From a virus: DNA of 64,000 nt. The position numbers and the translations under genes were made by a program. Every line of letters starts with the position of its first letter. Positions within the stretch are counted from its first letter, which is position 1. Below, in pieces: positions 53,964 through 63,092 of the stretch. Location of the stretch: IMG/VR virus record IMGVR_UViG_3300007513_000007, positions 32,001 to 96,000 of that record. One strand, written 5' to 3'. The notes under the pieces are model-generated. The model made no database searches. It was not told where the DNA came from and saw only the letters and a program-made list of their open reading frames with translations.

Positions 53964-54349
53964 ACCCCGAAAGGTTTTTCACCTCTCGTAGCTCTATACG
54001 GCAGACGTGTTGAACCGGAACCCCACCCTGTTTTCTACAACAGGGTCCTCAAAGCATGATTCGACAGGCCGAAAAAGTAAGACTTCTTCCGGTTTTTCTG
54101 ATGGTCGTGAAGGTGTCCTCGAAAACCCGCGTAGAACCTGGGTTTTCAAGAGTGCCTTTTTTGCCCAAAACCTGATCTTTTCAAAAGGCCCTCTTCAAAG
54201 GGTCAGCCTTTGTTGCAGGGGGCTTCTGCTTTGAGGGTTTCGGCGGCTCCCTGCGTGGCGGCCAGAACGGGGCATCGACCCGCAGTGGCGGGTCCCACTT
54301 CCCTTGGAACCAAGGGTGGTTTGGGATGAAGTCGAAGTTGGACACTTCG

Positions 54350-54973
54350 CTACTTCTTGGCTCTCGCTATTCTCGCAGCGGTTTCTCGGGCCTGCTCCTT
54401 CGCCGTGGCCTTCGCCGCCTGCTTCTTGGTGTCTGCTTTGTTTGCTTCTTCAAAGGCACGGACCTGCTTCAGCCGTTGAAGGGTGGCCGCATCCATGTTC
54501 CGGGTATTTCCCTTTAGGGTCATCTCCCCGGTGTCACGGTCTTGCCAGCGTGAGGTGAATCCGGTCGCGCTTGGGATGATGGCCTTGACGATCTTCGGGT
54601 CCATATGACGAACCGCGATGTCCCATGCCAAATCCAGGAACATCCCGGCGCATACCTCGATGGGCTTATGGTTGTAGAGGGTGGGTTGCCGTTCGCTGTA
54701 CAACAACAGGCCCGAATCCGTTCGGAGTTCAAGGTCGAAGTAGTGTACGGGCTGTGGAACCTCGGGCTTGCTGAACTCCATCCGAAAATGAAGCCCGATA
54801 CGCAAGTCTCCGATGATGACTCGGGGGTTGTTCACAATGCCCCAGTCCACAACATGAACCCGGAGCCTGCCCGCCTCCACGAGACGAGAGACAGCCTCCC
54901 TTTCAATGTCAGACATGGGAGTGTAGGTGCTGCCCGCGCCTTTGCCCCCAAACGGGTTCCCGTTGATCGCCAT
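54350..54973 (-). CDS. hypothetical protein
   Basis: start ATG 54973 after GGAGG, TGATG coupling. Confidence 0.85.
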   Translation of the reverse strand: MAINGNPFGGKGAGSTYTPMSDIEREAVSRLVEAGRLRVHVVDWGIVNNPRVIIGDLRIGLHFRMEFSKPEVPQPVHYFDLELRTDSGLLLYSERQPTLYNHKPIEVCAGMFLDLAWDIAVRHMDPKIVKAIIPSATGFTSRWQDRDTGEMTLKGNTRNMDAATLQRLKQVRAFEEANKADTKKQAAKATAKEQARETAARIARAKK

Positions 54974-55392
54974 CAAACCTCCATCGTGACGTGGCAAGCA
55001 CGGGCCTGCCCATCTTTGGCACCAGGATAGAACGATACCCGCGACCCGCGAACAGGCAGCCAGCTACCTTCCATCTCGCTTCGGTGAAGGAAGTAGACGT
55101 TGCCCCCTGCCGAGATGAAGCCCCACCCCTTCCCCGGATCAAACGAGGACACCTCCCCCTCCAGGCGTGAAGGACGCTCCTGCCTCTGAACAACCAGGGC
55201 CTTTGGACGCCTCTTCCCTTCAACGACAGTCACAAGGACGCGCTCCCCTATGATGGGGGGCGGTCCTTGTGGCTGTAGCCTGTGGAACACGTCGGCGTGG
55301 AAGTAGACCTCTTTACCAGCGGGAGGCGCACAAAACCCATACTCCCGCGTCCGGGTGTACATGCACACCACCATCGGCTGAAGCTCTGACAT
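54973..55392 (-). CDS. tandem cold-shock-domain protein
   Basis: EYGFC..EVYFH and FDPGKGWGFI..YFLH RNP-like motifs. Confidence 0.85.
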   Translation of the reverse strand: MSELQPMVVCMYTRTREYGFCAPPAGKEVYFHADVFHRLQPQGPPPIIGERVLVTVVEGKRRPKALVVQRQERPSRLEGEVSSFDPGKGWGFISAGGNVYFLHRSEMEGSWLPVRGSRVSFYPGAKDGQARACHVTMEV

Positions 55393-55409
55393 CCGTGCTC
55401 ACCTGTGGC

Positions 55410-55670
55410 TTACGCAGCTTCGATAGCCGCCAAGATTTCAGCCTTGGTGTTCCCGCTGGTCATGCCCAGGGCGAGACGATCTGCTTCGGCCAGAAGCTCT
55501 GCCTTGGTATTGGACATGCTGAAGGAAGCGGCTTCCGGCTCGGGTGCCGCTTCCGGCTCCGGTGCTGGGGCTGGGGCTTCCTCGGCTCCAGTTGGGTTGT
55601 TGTGGCGCATCGGATGGCCGCTCCTACGAAGGGGGCGACCCATTGCAGCAAGGGGGATTCCTCTACCCAT
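55410..55670 (-). CDS. small protein with HeH/Rho-N-like C-terminus
   Basis: TKAELLAEA..TKAEILAAIE. Confidence 0.65.
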   Translation of the reverse strand: MGRGIPLAAMGRPLRRSGHPMRHNNPTGAEEAPAPAPEPEAAPEPEAASFSMSNTKAELLAEADRLALGMTSGNTKAEILAAIEAA

Positions 55671-55673
55671 GAT

Positions 55674-56009
55674 TTACTCCTGAATGGTGTTGGGGGGAGA
55701 ATCCCCCTTGTTGGCAGCTATGAGAGCGAGACGAATATAGCGGTCAAGCCACGCCTGCCCTCCAATGAAACCAGCCTCTACGAAGCCAGCGATAAGAACA
55801 CAAGTAAAGAGCAGCCAGTACATCCAGGTGTCAACCTCGATTGCCCGCTCCGGGTGGGTCTGTGTGTAGATGATTCCTCCCAGCCCTATCAGCAGGATCA
55901 GCTTCCAGGTGGCTTCTGCTACCAAGTACGCGACGAACTTCTTGGACTTGAGAGGGCTTTTCTCCTGGGTGCAGGGGGCAGTTATCTCTTGTTTCTTGCG
56001 GGGCGGCAC
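55674..56009 (-). CDS. two-TM membrane protein (possibly holin-like)
   Basis: KSKKFVAYL..two hydrophobic helices..GGQAWLD. Confidence 0.7.
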   Translation of the reverse strand: MPPRKKQEITAPCTQEKSPLKSKKFVAYLVAEATWKLILLIGLGGIIYTQTHPERAIEVDTWMYWLLFTCVLIAGFVEAGFIGGQAWLDRYIRLALIAANKGDSPPNTIQE

Positions 56010-56383
56010 TACAAACCCCCCGGCAACTTTCGGATCGCCTTCTCAAGACGTGTCCGCACCCCTGCCGTAACCTCGGCGTGCTGGATAGCATCGGCAAACT
56101 CCTGGTCGCTAACGAGCAGTGACGTTTGCCTGGGATTCTGGGCTATCAGGGTGGAAAGGCGGTCTTGCGCCTCCCAACTCAAGGTATGGAATAGACGGTT
56201 GAAGTCGTTCCGGGCCTGCTTCGAGGTACGGAGGGCGTTCGCGATGAAGTAGTCTTCGAGGATCGCGGGGTTATCGGCGTTCTTTTGGGTGACCGTCCTG
56301 CCGTCAGGCATCTCCACAAGAGTAGACGCGGCCCCTTCCAGGGCGCACTTATTGCCGTAAGTCCAGAATCCAAAGTTGGACAC
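56009..56383 (-). CDS. hypothetical protein
   Basis: 124 aa ORF, RBS GGAGG. Confidence 0.8.
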   Translation of the reverse strand: MSNFGFWTYGNKCALEGAASTLVEMPDGRTVTQKNADNPAILEDYFIANALRTSKQARNDFNRLFHTLSWEAQDRLSTLIAQNPRQTSLLVSDQEFADAIQHAEVTAGVRTRLEKAIRKLPGGL

Positions 56384-56407
56384 GTTATCCTCCGTTTGGC
56401 AGCCCTT

Positions 56408-56422
56408 ATAGGGGGCCTACCG
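56408..56422 (-). promoter_or_regulatory. class II motif CGGT-N7-CTAT
   Basis: CGGTAGGCCCCCTAT upstream of 56383. Confidence 0.55.
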
Positions 56423-56430
56423 CAGAAGGA

Positions 56431-56961
56431 TCAGCGGGAGGGCAGCTTTATGTTGGAGATGGAGACCACCGATTCGGTCACTTCATCCCGCAGCCTGGAA
56501 GGAGGAACCCCCTCTTCTGTGGGGCCTTCTATATGGTCGTTGAGCCTCTTGATGATCTCGTGCTTCTTGCGGCCCAGGTCAGAAATGTCCACCCCCGCAA
56601 CAGCAGCCTGCTCTCTCAACGAATCCAAAGAGGGGAGCGTTTTGGGCTTGGTTGGGGTGGCGGCCTCTTCTTCGTAGTCGATACGCAGGACCACGCTCCC
56701 CTCCGACGACACCTGCAAAGAGGGAAAGCCCCTTCGCTTCTGGTCCTTCATCAAGGTCTGGGCCAGCAGCTTGGCTACTGCACTATCCGCAAGGAACGCA
56801 TTTGCCTCGGCCATAGCCGCTACGGCCTCTCGAAGACGCTCCCCGATAGTGGTGGTGACCTCCCCCTCCGACCCCACGACCGGGAAGTTCAAGACTTCCT
56901 GGGCAAGTGAAGGGTCGATGGGAAGCTCGATGGGCTTCAGTTTCCTGGTCACGGAAGGCAC
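56431..56961 (-). CDS. hypothetical protein
   Basis: 176 aa ORF, RBS GGAGG. Confidence 0.8.
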   Translation of the reverse strand: MPSVTRKLKPIELPIDPSLAQEVLNFPVVGSEGEVTTTIGERLREAVAAMAEANAFLADSAVAKLLAQTLMKDQKRRGFPSLQVSSEGSVVLRIDYEEEAATPTKPKTLPSLDSLREQAAVAGVDISDLGRKKHEIIKRLNDHIEGPTEEGVPPSRLRDEVTESVVSISNIKLPSR

Positions 56962-57013
56962 CTCCAGGTAAGAGATACCCGCCAGAGAGAAACTTTGACC
57001 CCCCTCCCCCTAA

Positions 57014-57223
57014 CTATCGGCCAATCTTTACCTTCAGGGGGTCGAAACCAGCCCTCATTAGAGCTTCTTCTAACCTTTCACTCTGGCCAGGGTCCTTCTT
57101 TTTCACCCGGCGTGCGTACAACCATAACAGGTCCGACGCTTTTTCGTCCTTCAGAGAGATAGCCCAGAATCCAGCAGGGCACCAATCATGGCTCTGTAAG
57201 GCTTCCGGCTCGGGTTTGGTCAT
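57014..57223 (-). CDS. small hypothetical protein
   Basis: 69 aa, ATGA coupling to upstream gene. Confidence 0.7.
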   Translation of the reverse strand: MTKPEPEALQSHDWCPAGFWAISLKDEKASDLLWLYARRVKKKDPGQSERLEEALMRAGFDPLKVKIGR

Positions 57224-58116
57224 TCCGTGTCCTCTTCCTCACTACCCGGAAGCGTGGAGCCTTCTCCCCCCTCTGGTTCGACCCAACGGGGTTCATGGTC
57301 CCCTTCATCCGTCACCTGCTCTGGGAGCATCGCGTACCTTTCGGCCACCCTCTTCGCGGTGTGGTAGTGCTTGCGATCCTCGATGATCTGCTTGTGCTTC
57401 CGCTTTGCTTCACCAATGGTTTTGGCAAGGATCGCCTTCCCTCGGTCATCAACCCCCACAAAGAAAAGCAGTCTGCCACGGCGATCCTGGATGCCGTCCC
57501 CCAAGCCGATGATGGGCCGGTCGTGGGGGCGTGCTTCACCGAAGAACACGTCCACTGGAATCAGGCCCTGACGCTTGAGCATGGCGGCTGACCCCATCTG
57601 CATGGGCGGCCCTTTTCGGGCAGCCACACGAACAGCGGCAGAAGCCTCTACGAGTCCCTTACGCAAAACACGGGCGGCTTGCCCGATCTCATGCTCCGGG
57701 CGACCATCTTGATAGGCTGTCCACAGTTCCCGTACCTGTGCCGGAAGCGGTGAGAGCAACCCCAACATCTCCCCTTCTGTGTCGAGGCGCACTGCTTCTT
57801 CAAGCAGTGCCTCCGTGGTGAGCAGATGTTTACGGATGCAGTCAGGACAGTGCTTCTGGACATGACCCAGATGGTCCTCCAGCAAGAGCAGTTCCTTGGC
57901 GGCTTCCCGCAGGTTGTAGAGGGGGTCCATCAAAGGAAGCAGTGCTGCGTACCGGGCAGCGACACGTTGGGCTGATTTGAACTTGTCTGGATTCATGCTC
58001 TTGTAGATTCCCATGATGTAGGCGTAGTTCTCGGCCTTCCCCTGCTCTTTCGCACGGGCCTTGGCCTTCTGCCACTTCTTCTCATCGGCTGGGGTCTTGA
58101 CGACGTTGGTAGGCAT
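57220..58116 (-). CDS. multi-module protein with RVA tags between modules
   Basis: MPTNVVKTPADEKKW..; KSAQRVAARY; LLPLMDPLYNLRE..LLEDHL..HCPDCIRKH; TAKRVAERY. Confidence 0.88.
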   Translation of the reverse strand: MPTNVVKTPADEKKWQKAKARAKEQGKAENYAYIMGIYKSMNPDKFKSAQRVAARYAALLPLMDPLYNLREAAKELLLLEDHLGHVQKHCPDCIRKHLLTTEALLEEAVRLDTEGEMLGLLSPLPAQVRELWTAYQDGRPEHEIGQAARVLRKGLVEASAAVRVAARKGPPMQMGSAAMLKRQGLIPVDVFFGEARPHDRPIIGLGDGIQDRRGRLLFFVGVDDRGKAILAKTIGEAKRKHKQIIEDRKHYHTAKRVAERYAMLPEQVTDEGDHEPRWVEPEGGEGSTLPGSEEEDTE

Positions 58117-58856
58117 CAGTTGAGAATCCTCAAGAGGCAAGCCAGATCGTCTACGGTGAAAGAGTCTGATTGCCCACCGGATACGGTCATGCTCATCTTC
58201 AAGGTCAGCCTGTCGTTGACAGCGAACGTCAGAGGGGTCTGGAACTCCACAGACCCTCCGATGTCCCCGCTTGACACGTTGTTGAGGGTGATTCGATAGT
58301 TAGCGCCTTGGTCCACCCCGTTCTTCCACAGAGAAAGGATGAAGCTGTTCTGGCCGCCACTCTCGGTGGAATCAAACTGGGTGCTCATGTGGGTGACCAG
58401 TCCTGCGACAGGCATCCTCCACCCCTGTGCATTCGTTGATCCGTTGACTGTGGAGAGTTCAAAGTCCGTCTGCGGGGCATCCTTCGCGTTGTTCTTACCG
58501 AACCCAAGGAAAGATGGAAGGTTCCCCTCCAAGGCAAGGTGTCCGCTCATGGCCGGGATGGTGACAGTCTCATTCTGGGATGGGTCTTCCCACTCAAGCC
58601 GTGTGCCAAAATCTCCAGTGCCGTGGAGGTTGATCCGGGTCCCAAGGCATATCTCGCGCCAGGATTTATCCCCGTTCCCCAGGTCCACCGTGTTGTCTAC
58701 ATCCGGGATCAAGCTGGAGGTGAACTCTGCGTTGATTTCAATGGCGTCCGTATCCGCATCCCCGATGATCATTGAACCATCGGTCACCATTTCATCAGTG
58801 GTGCTTGCAAGGGATTGAAGCCCTTGTCGAAGCCCCATGAGCTTTACCGTCGCCAT
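58116..58856 (-). CDS. putative virion structural / fibre-like protein
   Basis: IIGDADTD..SSLIPDVDNTVDLG..SWREI, followed by a beta-rich domain. Confidence 0.75.
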   Translation of the reverse strand: MATVKLMGLRQGLQSLASTTDEMVTDGSMIIGDADTDAIEINAEFTSSLIPDVDNTVDLGNGDKSWREICLGTRINLHGTGDFGTRLEWEDPSQNETVTIPAMSGHLALEGNLPSFLGFGKNNAKDAPQTDFELSTVNGSTNAQGWRMPVAGLVTHMSTQFDSTESGGQNSFILSLWKNGVDQGANYRITLNNVSSGDIGGSVEFQTPLTFAVNDRLTLKMSMTVSGGQSDSFTVDDLACLLRILN

Positions 58857-58881
58857 AGCCTCTCCTGCCAAGGCGCGAGAG

Positions 58882-58896
58882 ATAGAGGCAATACCG
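58882..58896 (-). promoter_or_regulatory. class II motif CGGT-N7-CTAT
   Basis: CGGTATTGCCTCTAT upstream of 58856. Confidence 0.6.
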
Positions 58897-58898
58897 TA

Positions 58899-59399
58899 TT
58901 AGTTGGACCCGACGTGCCCCGAGAGGTTGTGGAAGGTGCCTCCGAACTCCCCGTCAACTGACTGGCGCTCCCCGACTGACCCATCAGCGTGGATTTCGTG
59001 CAAGAGGATCTGATTCAAGTCGGGGCCATCCACAGACAACAGGATGTTCTCTGTCTTGTCGGGGTAGTCTTCGAGCGAGTACCCGGCAGTAACCCAAGCC
59101 CCTGCCGCCACGGCCTCTTCCCTGGTCGGAATAGACATCCACGCTTCACAGAGGTGAACGACGTATCGTGCGCCCACCTTTTCACTTTCCACACGCAGTC
59201 TGTGGGCTATCCCTTCACGGTCGTCGCCCCAAGAAGGCTGGGGGTTTACCTGATACACAATGGGCGCTTCTCCGTCAGGGAAGGTCACCAGGAAGAATAC
59301 GGGGGGAATCTCATCGCCACCTTCGCGGAAGGCAACTGCCTGATCCAGAATCCCGCCCACCAGCACACCCGTCCACTTCTTCATGTCTTCATTGTTCAT
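58899..59399 (-). CDS. hypothetical protein
   Basis: start ATG 59399 after GGAG; class II variant GGGT-N7-CTAT at 59431-59445. Confidence 0.8.
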   Translation of the reverse strand: MNNEDMKKWTGVLVGGILDQAVAFREGGDEIPPVFFLVTFPDGEAPIVYQVNPQPSWGDDREGIAHRLRVESEKVGARYVVHLCEAWMSIPTREEAVAAGAWVTAGYSLEDYPDKTENILLSVDGPDLNQILLHEIHADGSVGERQSVDGEFGGTFHNLSGHVGSN

Positions 59400-59455
59400 G
59401 GCTTCTCCGTCATCACCCCTACCCTTTTTGATAGGCAGGGAACCCCCGCCTATTA

Positions 59456-60226
59456 TCACAGGCGGGGGCGGGCCACGGGACGACCGGGAACACTCACGAA
59501 AGACCGTTCCCCTTCGGCGTCTACGACCAATGCAGTCAAGGAGCCGCCGAACACGGCACCTGTGTCCACACCAGTAGCGTGGGGGAACTGCGCCGGTCCA
59601 TCCATGAAAGGTTCATGGCCGAACACAACATGGCCGAAACGCCCATCGTGAACCTCGGCCCAGAACGGGTCAGCTTCGGTTTCGTCACCCAACCGCACGA
59701 ACTTGCCAGTCTCGGCATTGACGTGTCGAACCCGTGCAGTCTTTTCCATAGCCCTGCGAGCCTTCCCCGACATGGAAGCAACTTCTTCCACTGATTCAGG
59801 GAAGGTCACCATGTCACCGGGGACGCCTGCATGGACCACCAAGACTCCGTGCTCGGGAACCCGATGGAAGGGAACTGCGCTGTCCAAGAAGGCAACGTCT
59901 TCTTCGGTCAAGTCGTTCGTTATAGAAGCCAACTCGGGCTGCCGTTCAGCTTGGCCAGCAGCGACCTCGGGCCGCACTGTCAAGTTCCGACGGAACCGGC
60001 GATGCTTGTCTTCGTGGTTGCCCTCTACCACAACAACCTTGTGGGTCTGGGACAACTCACGCACGAACCTAACCACGCCAACGCTGTCCGGTCCCTTGTC
60101 TACCAAATCACCAACGAAGATGATCTGGTCTTCAGGGCCAGGGTTCACGCGCTCGATCAACTCGACCAGTTCCGGCAACATGCCGTGAACGTCGCCTACA
60201 AAGATATGTCGTGGTTGGTGGTGCAT
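59456..60226 (-). CDS. calcineurin-like metallophosphoesterase (PrpA/ApaH-like)
   Basis: GDVHG, GDLVDKGP, GNHE, HAG, VVFGH, DTGAVFGG.LT. Confidence 0.93.
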   Translation of the reverse strand: MHHQPRHIFVGDVHGMLPELVELIERVNPGPEDQIIFVGDLVDKGPDSVGVVRFVRELSQTHKVVVVEGNHEDKHRRFRRNLTVRPEVAAGQAERQPELASITNDLTEEDVAFLDSAVPFHRVPEHGVLVVHAGVPGDMVTFPESVEEVASMSGKARRAMEKTARVRHVNAETGKFVRLGDETEADPFWAEVHDGRFGHVVFGHEPFMDGPAQFPHATGVDTGAVFGGSLTALVVDAEGERSFVSVPGRPVARPRL

Positions 60227-60245
60227 AGCCTCTCCGTGCCCTCTT

Positions 60246-60273
60246 TACGGAGCACGGGAGGCTATGGAACCCC
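60246..60273 (-). promoter_or_regulatory. class I promoter motif
   Basis: exact match upstream of 60226. Confidence 0.8.
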
Positions 60274-60585
60274 CCTACCCGATCTTTGCGTTCATCTTGA
60301 ACATGCGGGTCGCTCCCGGAGGAGGCGCACAACACATGTTGGGCTTGACGTTGCCGCCGTTCTGGAAGGCACCCGCACCAGCCGAGTAGGCCGAAGAGGT
60401 GGTCCCGTCCCGCATCCCAGGGCTACGTCCGACGTTACCGCCGATGCGCTTGCCGAAAGCAGGTCGAATACGAAGATTGGGGGGAGAAGGCTGGTAGGCA
60501 CCAGCAGTAGATCGAACAGCCATGACGAGACTCCTTGTCGGGGGAAAGCGGTACTATTTACAAAGCCGTATAGGGAAGGCATTGG

Positions 60586-60613
60586 AGGGTTCCCTACCTT
60601 CTCGAATCCCGTA
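60586..60613 (+). promoter_or_regulatory. class I promoter motif (AGGGTTCC variant)
   Basis: N16 spacing to CGTAGAG upstream of 60622. Confidence 0.7.
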
Positions 60614-60621
60614 GAGACTAT

Positions 60622-61251
60622 ATGATGCGAAAACCGTTGTCCGAAAAGCCCTTGTGTTTCCTGGATACTGAAACCACGGGCCTTGATTCCAGCATTCACG
60701 AGGTGATCGAGATCGCCATTGTGAAGGAGTACCCGGACGGGCGTAGAGAGCACTACCAAACCTTGATCCGTCCCGAGAACATCGAGGTCGCGGCTCCCAA
60801 GGCCCTTGAGCTAAACGGCTACGCCGCCAACCCCTCTCGGTGGGAGCATATGGAGACGATGGCGACCGTGGGGCCGCTCATCCTCAACGTGTTGGAGGGG
60901 AGCATCGTAGTGGGGCACAACATCAGCTTCGACCTCGACATGCTCGAAGCCAATATGAAACGTGCGGGCCTCAAGCCTCGCCTGCCCTACCACAAGATCG
61001 ATACAGTGACGCTTGCCTATGAGCATCTGGTCCCGTGTGGCCTGGAATCACTCTCAATGGACAAGATCAGGAAGTTCCTGGACTGGTCTATGGAAGGTGC
61101 CCACACTGCCATGAAGGATGCCAAAGACGCACGCCGCCTGTACCGGCTTTGCAGCCGGTCGGGCAAAGGCGCACGCTTTCTTATCCGATGGGGTCACCGT
61201 ACCCGAACCTACCGCGCTACCAAGAAAGCTATGCGGAGAGTGCGTCGATAA
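60622..61251 (+). CDS. DEDDh 3-5 exonuclease (DnaQ-like)
   Basis: LDTETTG, GHNISFD, IDT, H.A..DA. Confidence 0.92.
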   Translation: MMRKPLSEKPLCFLDTETTGLDSSIHEVIEIAIVKEYPDGRREHYQTLIRPENIEVAAPKALELNGYAANPSRWEHMETMATVGPLILNVLEGSIVVGHNISFDLDMLEANMKRAGLKPRLPYHKIDTVTLAYEHLVPCGLESLSMDKIRKFLDWSMEGAHTAMKDAKDARRLYRLCSRSGKGARFLIRWGHRTRTYRATKKAMRRVRR

Positions 61252-61513
61252 GGTCGGCCTTCTTCATACTGGAGTACCCGGAAAGCCCTCGCTCCTTGGC
61301 GATGCTCTTGAGTTCAGCCACCTTCATGGACTTGAAGTCAATAGAGACTGGAGGGTTCACCACGTCCACTGGCTCCGGGACAACCGGGGCCTTGTCAGGT
61401 CCAGGGACGGGCAGCCCCATCTTCCGAAAGGCAGTGCCCACAGAGTCGGGCCTGTGGGTGCGGTGGCCCGCTTCATACATCTTCACGATCTTGTCGGCAG
61501 TTCTTCTATTCAT
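61229..61513 (-). CDS. Rho-N-like domain protein
   Basis: MKVAELKSIAKERGLSGYSSMKKADLIDAL. Confidence 0.85.
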   Translation of the reverse strand: MNRRTADKIVKMYEAGHRTHRPDSVGTAFRKMGLPVPGPDKAPVVPEPVDVVNPPVSIDFKSMKVAELKSIAKERGLSGYSSMKKADLIDALSA

Positions 61514-61800
61514 GGTAGGTCATCCTCTTCTTTGATCAGTTCTTCCAGCCCAAAACGGCGGGCTATGTCATTGGCAAGAGCACGGGTGTGCTTGACGAGT
61601 AACACTACCTCGTAGTGGGTGCGTGGGTTGTCCAACTCTCCCCCATCGCCTCCTCTGCGAAGGTCCTCCAGGTCCCGAACCACCGCATTGAAGCCGAATA
61701 CCCGGTTCCCCCACACGGCCTCCAAGAAGGCAATAGGCGGGGATTCAAGGTCCATCTTGAGCCTATGTTTGTCGAGATCGACAACTTTTTCATCAGACAT
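61510..61800 (-). CDS. hypothetical protein
   Basis: 96 aa, coupled on both sides. Confidence 0.8.
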   Translation of the reverse strand: MSDEKVVDLDKHRLKMDLESPPIAFLEAVWGNRVFGFNAVVRDLEDLRRGGDGGELDNPRTHYEVVLLVKHTRALANDIARRFGLEELIKEEDDLP

Positions 61801-63083
61801 CAGTCACCTACGACGTAGATGCGTGACTTTACCTGCCGCTCTTCCCCTTTGTTCCGTTTGTAGGGCCTAATCCACTTCCTCTTCCTTTCAAACTCCTGTT
61901 GAAGATCGTTGTAGGCGAGGGTGGCTTCGCTTGCTTCTTGCTGTGCTGCACGCGCATCTTGGAGGACTGCGGGAATGTCCTTGGACCCGGCCTCAAGCGC
62001 AGATGCCTTCTCCATGAGGGAGAAAGCCTTCTCCGTGCTTTTGTCGGCAGTGCTCCGGGCTACGGCCATCTTTGCTTGGATGGTGCGCCTCTTGGGCCTC
62101 CAGTGGCCCCGTACCCAATGCTCTGCGGCTTTCCTGCGTCCGGTCGAGGGCTGGGGCTTGCTGTCCCCGTCGGAGGCTTGTCCCATCGCAGCACCGACCC
62201 ACACAATCCGATCTTCGGGGAGATCCTCCAACTTCTTACGCAGCTTCCTGCCACGACTCTTGTTGGGGTTCTTCATACGCTTCAACGCTGCACGCGCTTC
62301 CTTGCGTTCCTCCCGCTTTTTCTTCGCGTCCGGGTCTTCGGAAACATCCGGCTCATCCGTGTCGAGGTACACCAACGTGTTGATGGCGATACGAAGGATG
62401 GACACCATGCTGTTCACCAGCTTCGTGCGGTTGGCTCCCTTGGGCATTTCTGTGCCGAGTTCCAGGCGAAGTCCAAGGGGGAGAAGGTCGTTAGAGGTCT
62501 CGTCCCTCTTTTCATCTTCCAGCATCATGAACAGGTATTGCTCCAGATCCATCTGCATCTGACGCATTTCGTTCAGGTCAATCGTCATCCAGAAAGAGGC
62601 ATCATCGCCGGGGCTGTCCGACCTCTCGTTCTCTACCCCCCACAGGTAGACCGTGATGAGGTCACGTTCTTCGTCATACAACCCTACTTCTGGTGTAGGT
62701 CGAACCAGGAACACTCCAGCGCACTGATGCCACTGGGTACGGGGGCCTCCCCACAGTTCGTGGTCACACCCTGGCAGTGCAATAAACACACAGGGGAAGG
62801 GGAGCTTGAGGTCGTCAGCCGTCACCTCTTCCAAAGAGGTCTTCTCCAACGCCTTACGCATGGCACCGGGAACTACAAAGGTGTTGGAACCCGTCCACTT
62901 GTAGTAGGCCAAGGAAAGTGTCAGCACCCAAAGCGCCCGGTGAAACCCAACACCTGGGATATGGAACAGTCCTTTGGCCTGCTCTGCGGCCTCATCCCGG
63001 ACTTCTGGAGGCAGCGACACCAAAGCATCCAGAATGTTCTGGTGAATCGGATCTCGCGGCATTTCTTGCGGCAGCAATCTCAT
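61800..63083 (-). CDS. hypothetical protein with C-terminal HWVRGHWR motif
   Basis: start re-picked at ATG 63083. Confidence 0.85.
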   Translation of the reverse strand: MRLLPQEMPRDPIHQNILDALVSLPPEVRDEAAEQAKGLFHIPGVGFHRALWVLTLSLAYYKWTGSNTFVVPGAMRKALEKTSLEEVTADDLKLPFPCVFIALPGCDHELWGGPRTQWHQCAGVFLVRPTPEVGLYDEERDLITVYLWGVENERSDSPGDDASFWMTIDLNEMRQMQMDLEQYLFMMLEDEKRDETSNDLLPLGLRLELGTEMPKGANRTKLVNSMVSILRIAINTLVYLDTDEPDVSEDPDAKKKREERKEARAALKRMKNPNKSRGRKLRKKLEDLPEDRIVWVGAAMGQASDGDSKPQPSTGRRKAAEHWVRGHWRPKRRTIQAKMAVARSTADKSTEKAFSLMEKASALEAGSKDIPAVLQDARAAQQEASEATLAYNDLQQEFERKRKWIRPYKRNKGEERQVKSRIYVVGD

Positions 63084-63092
63084 ATGGCTCTC

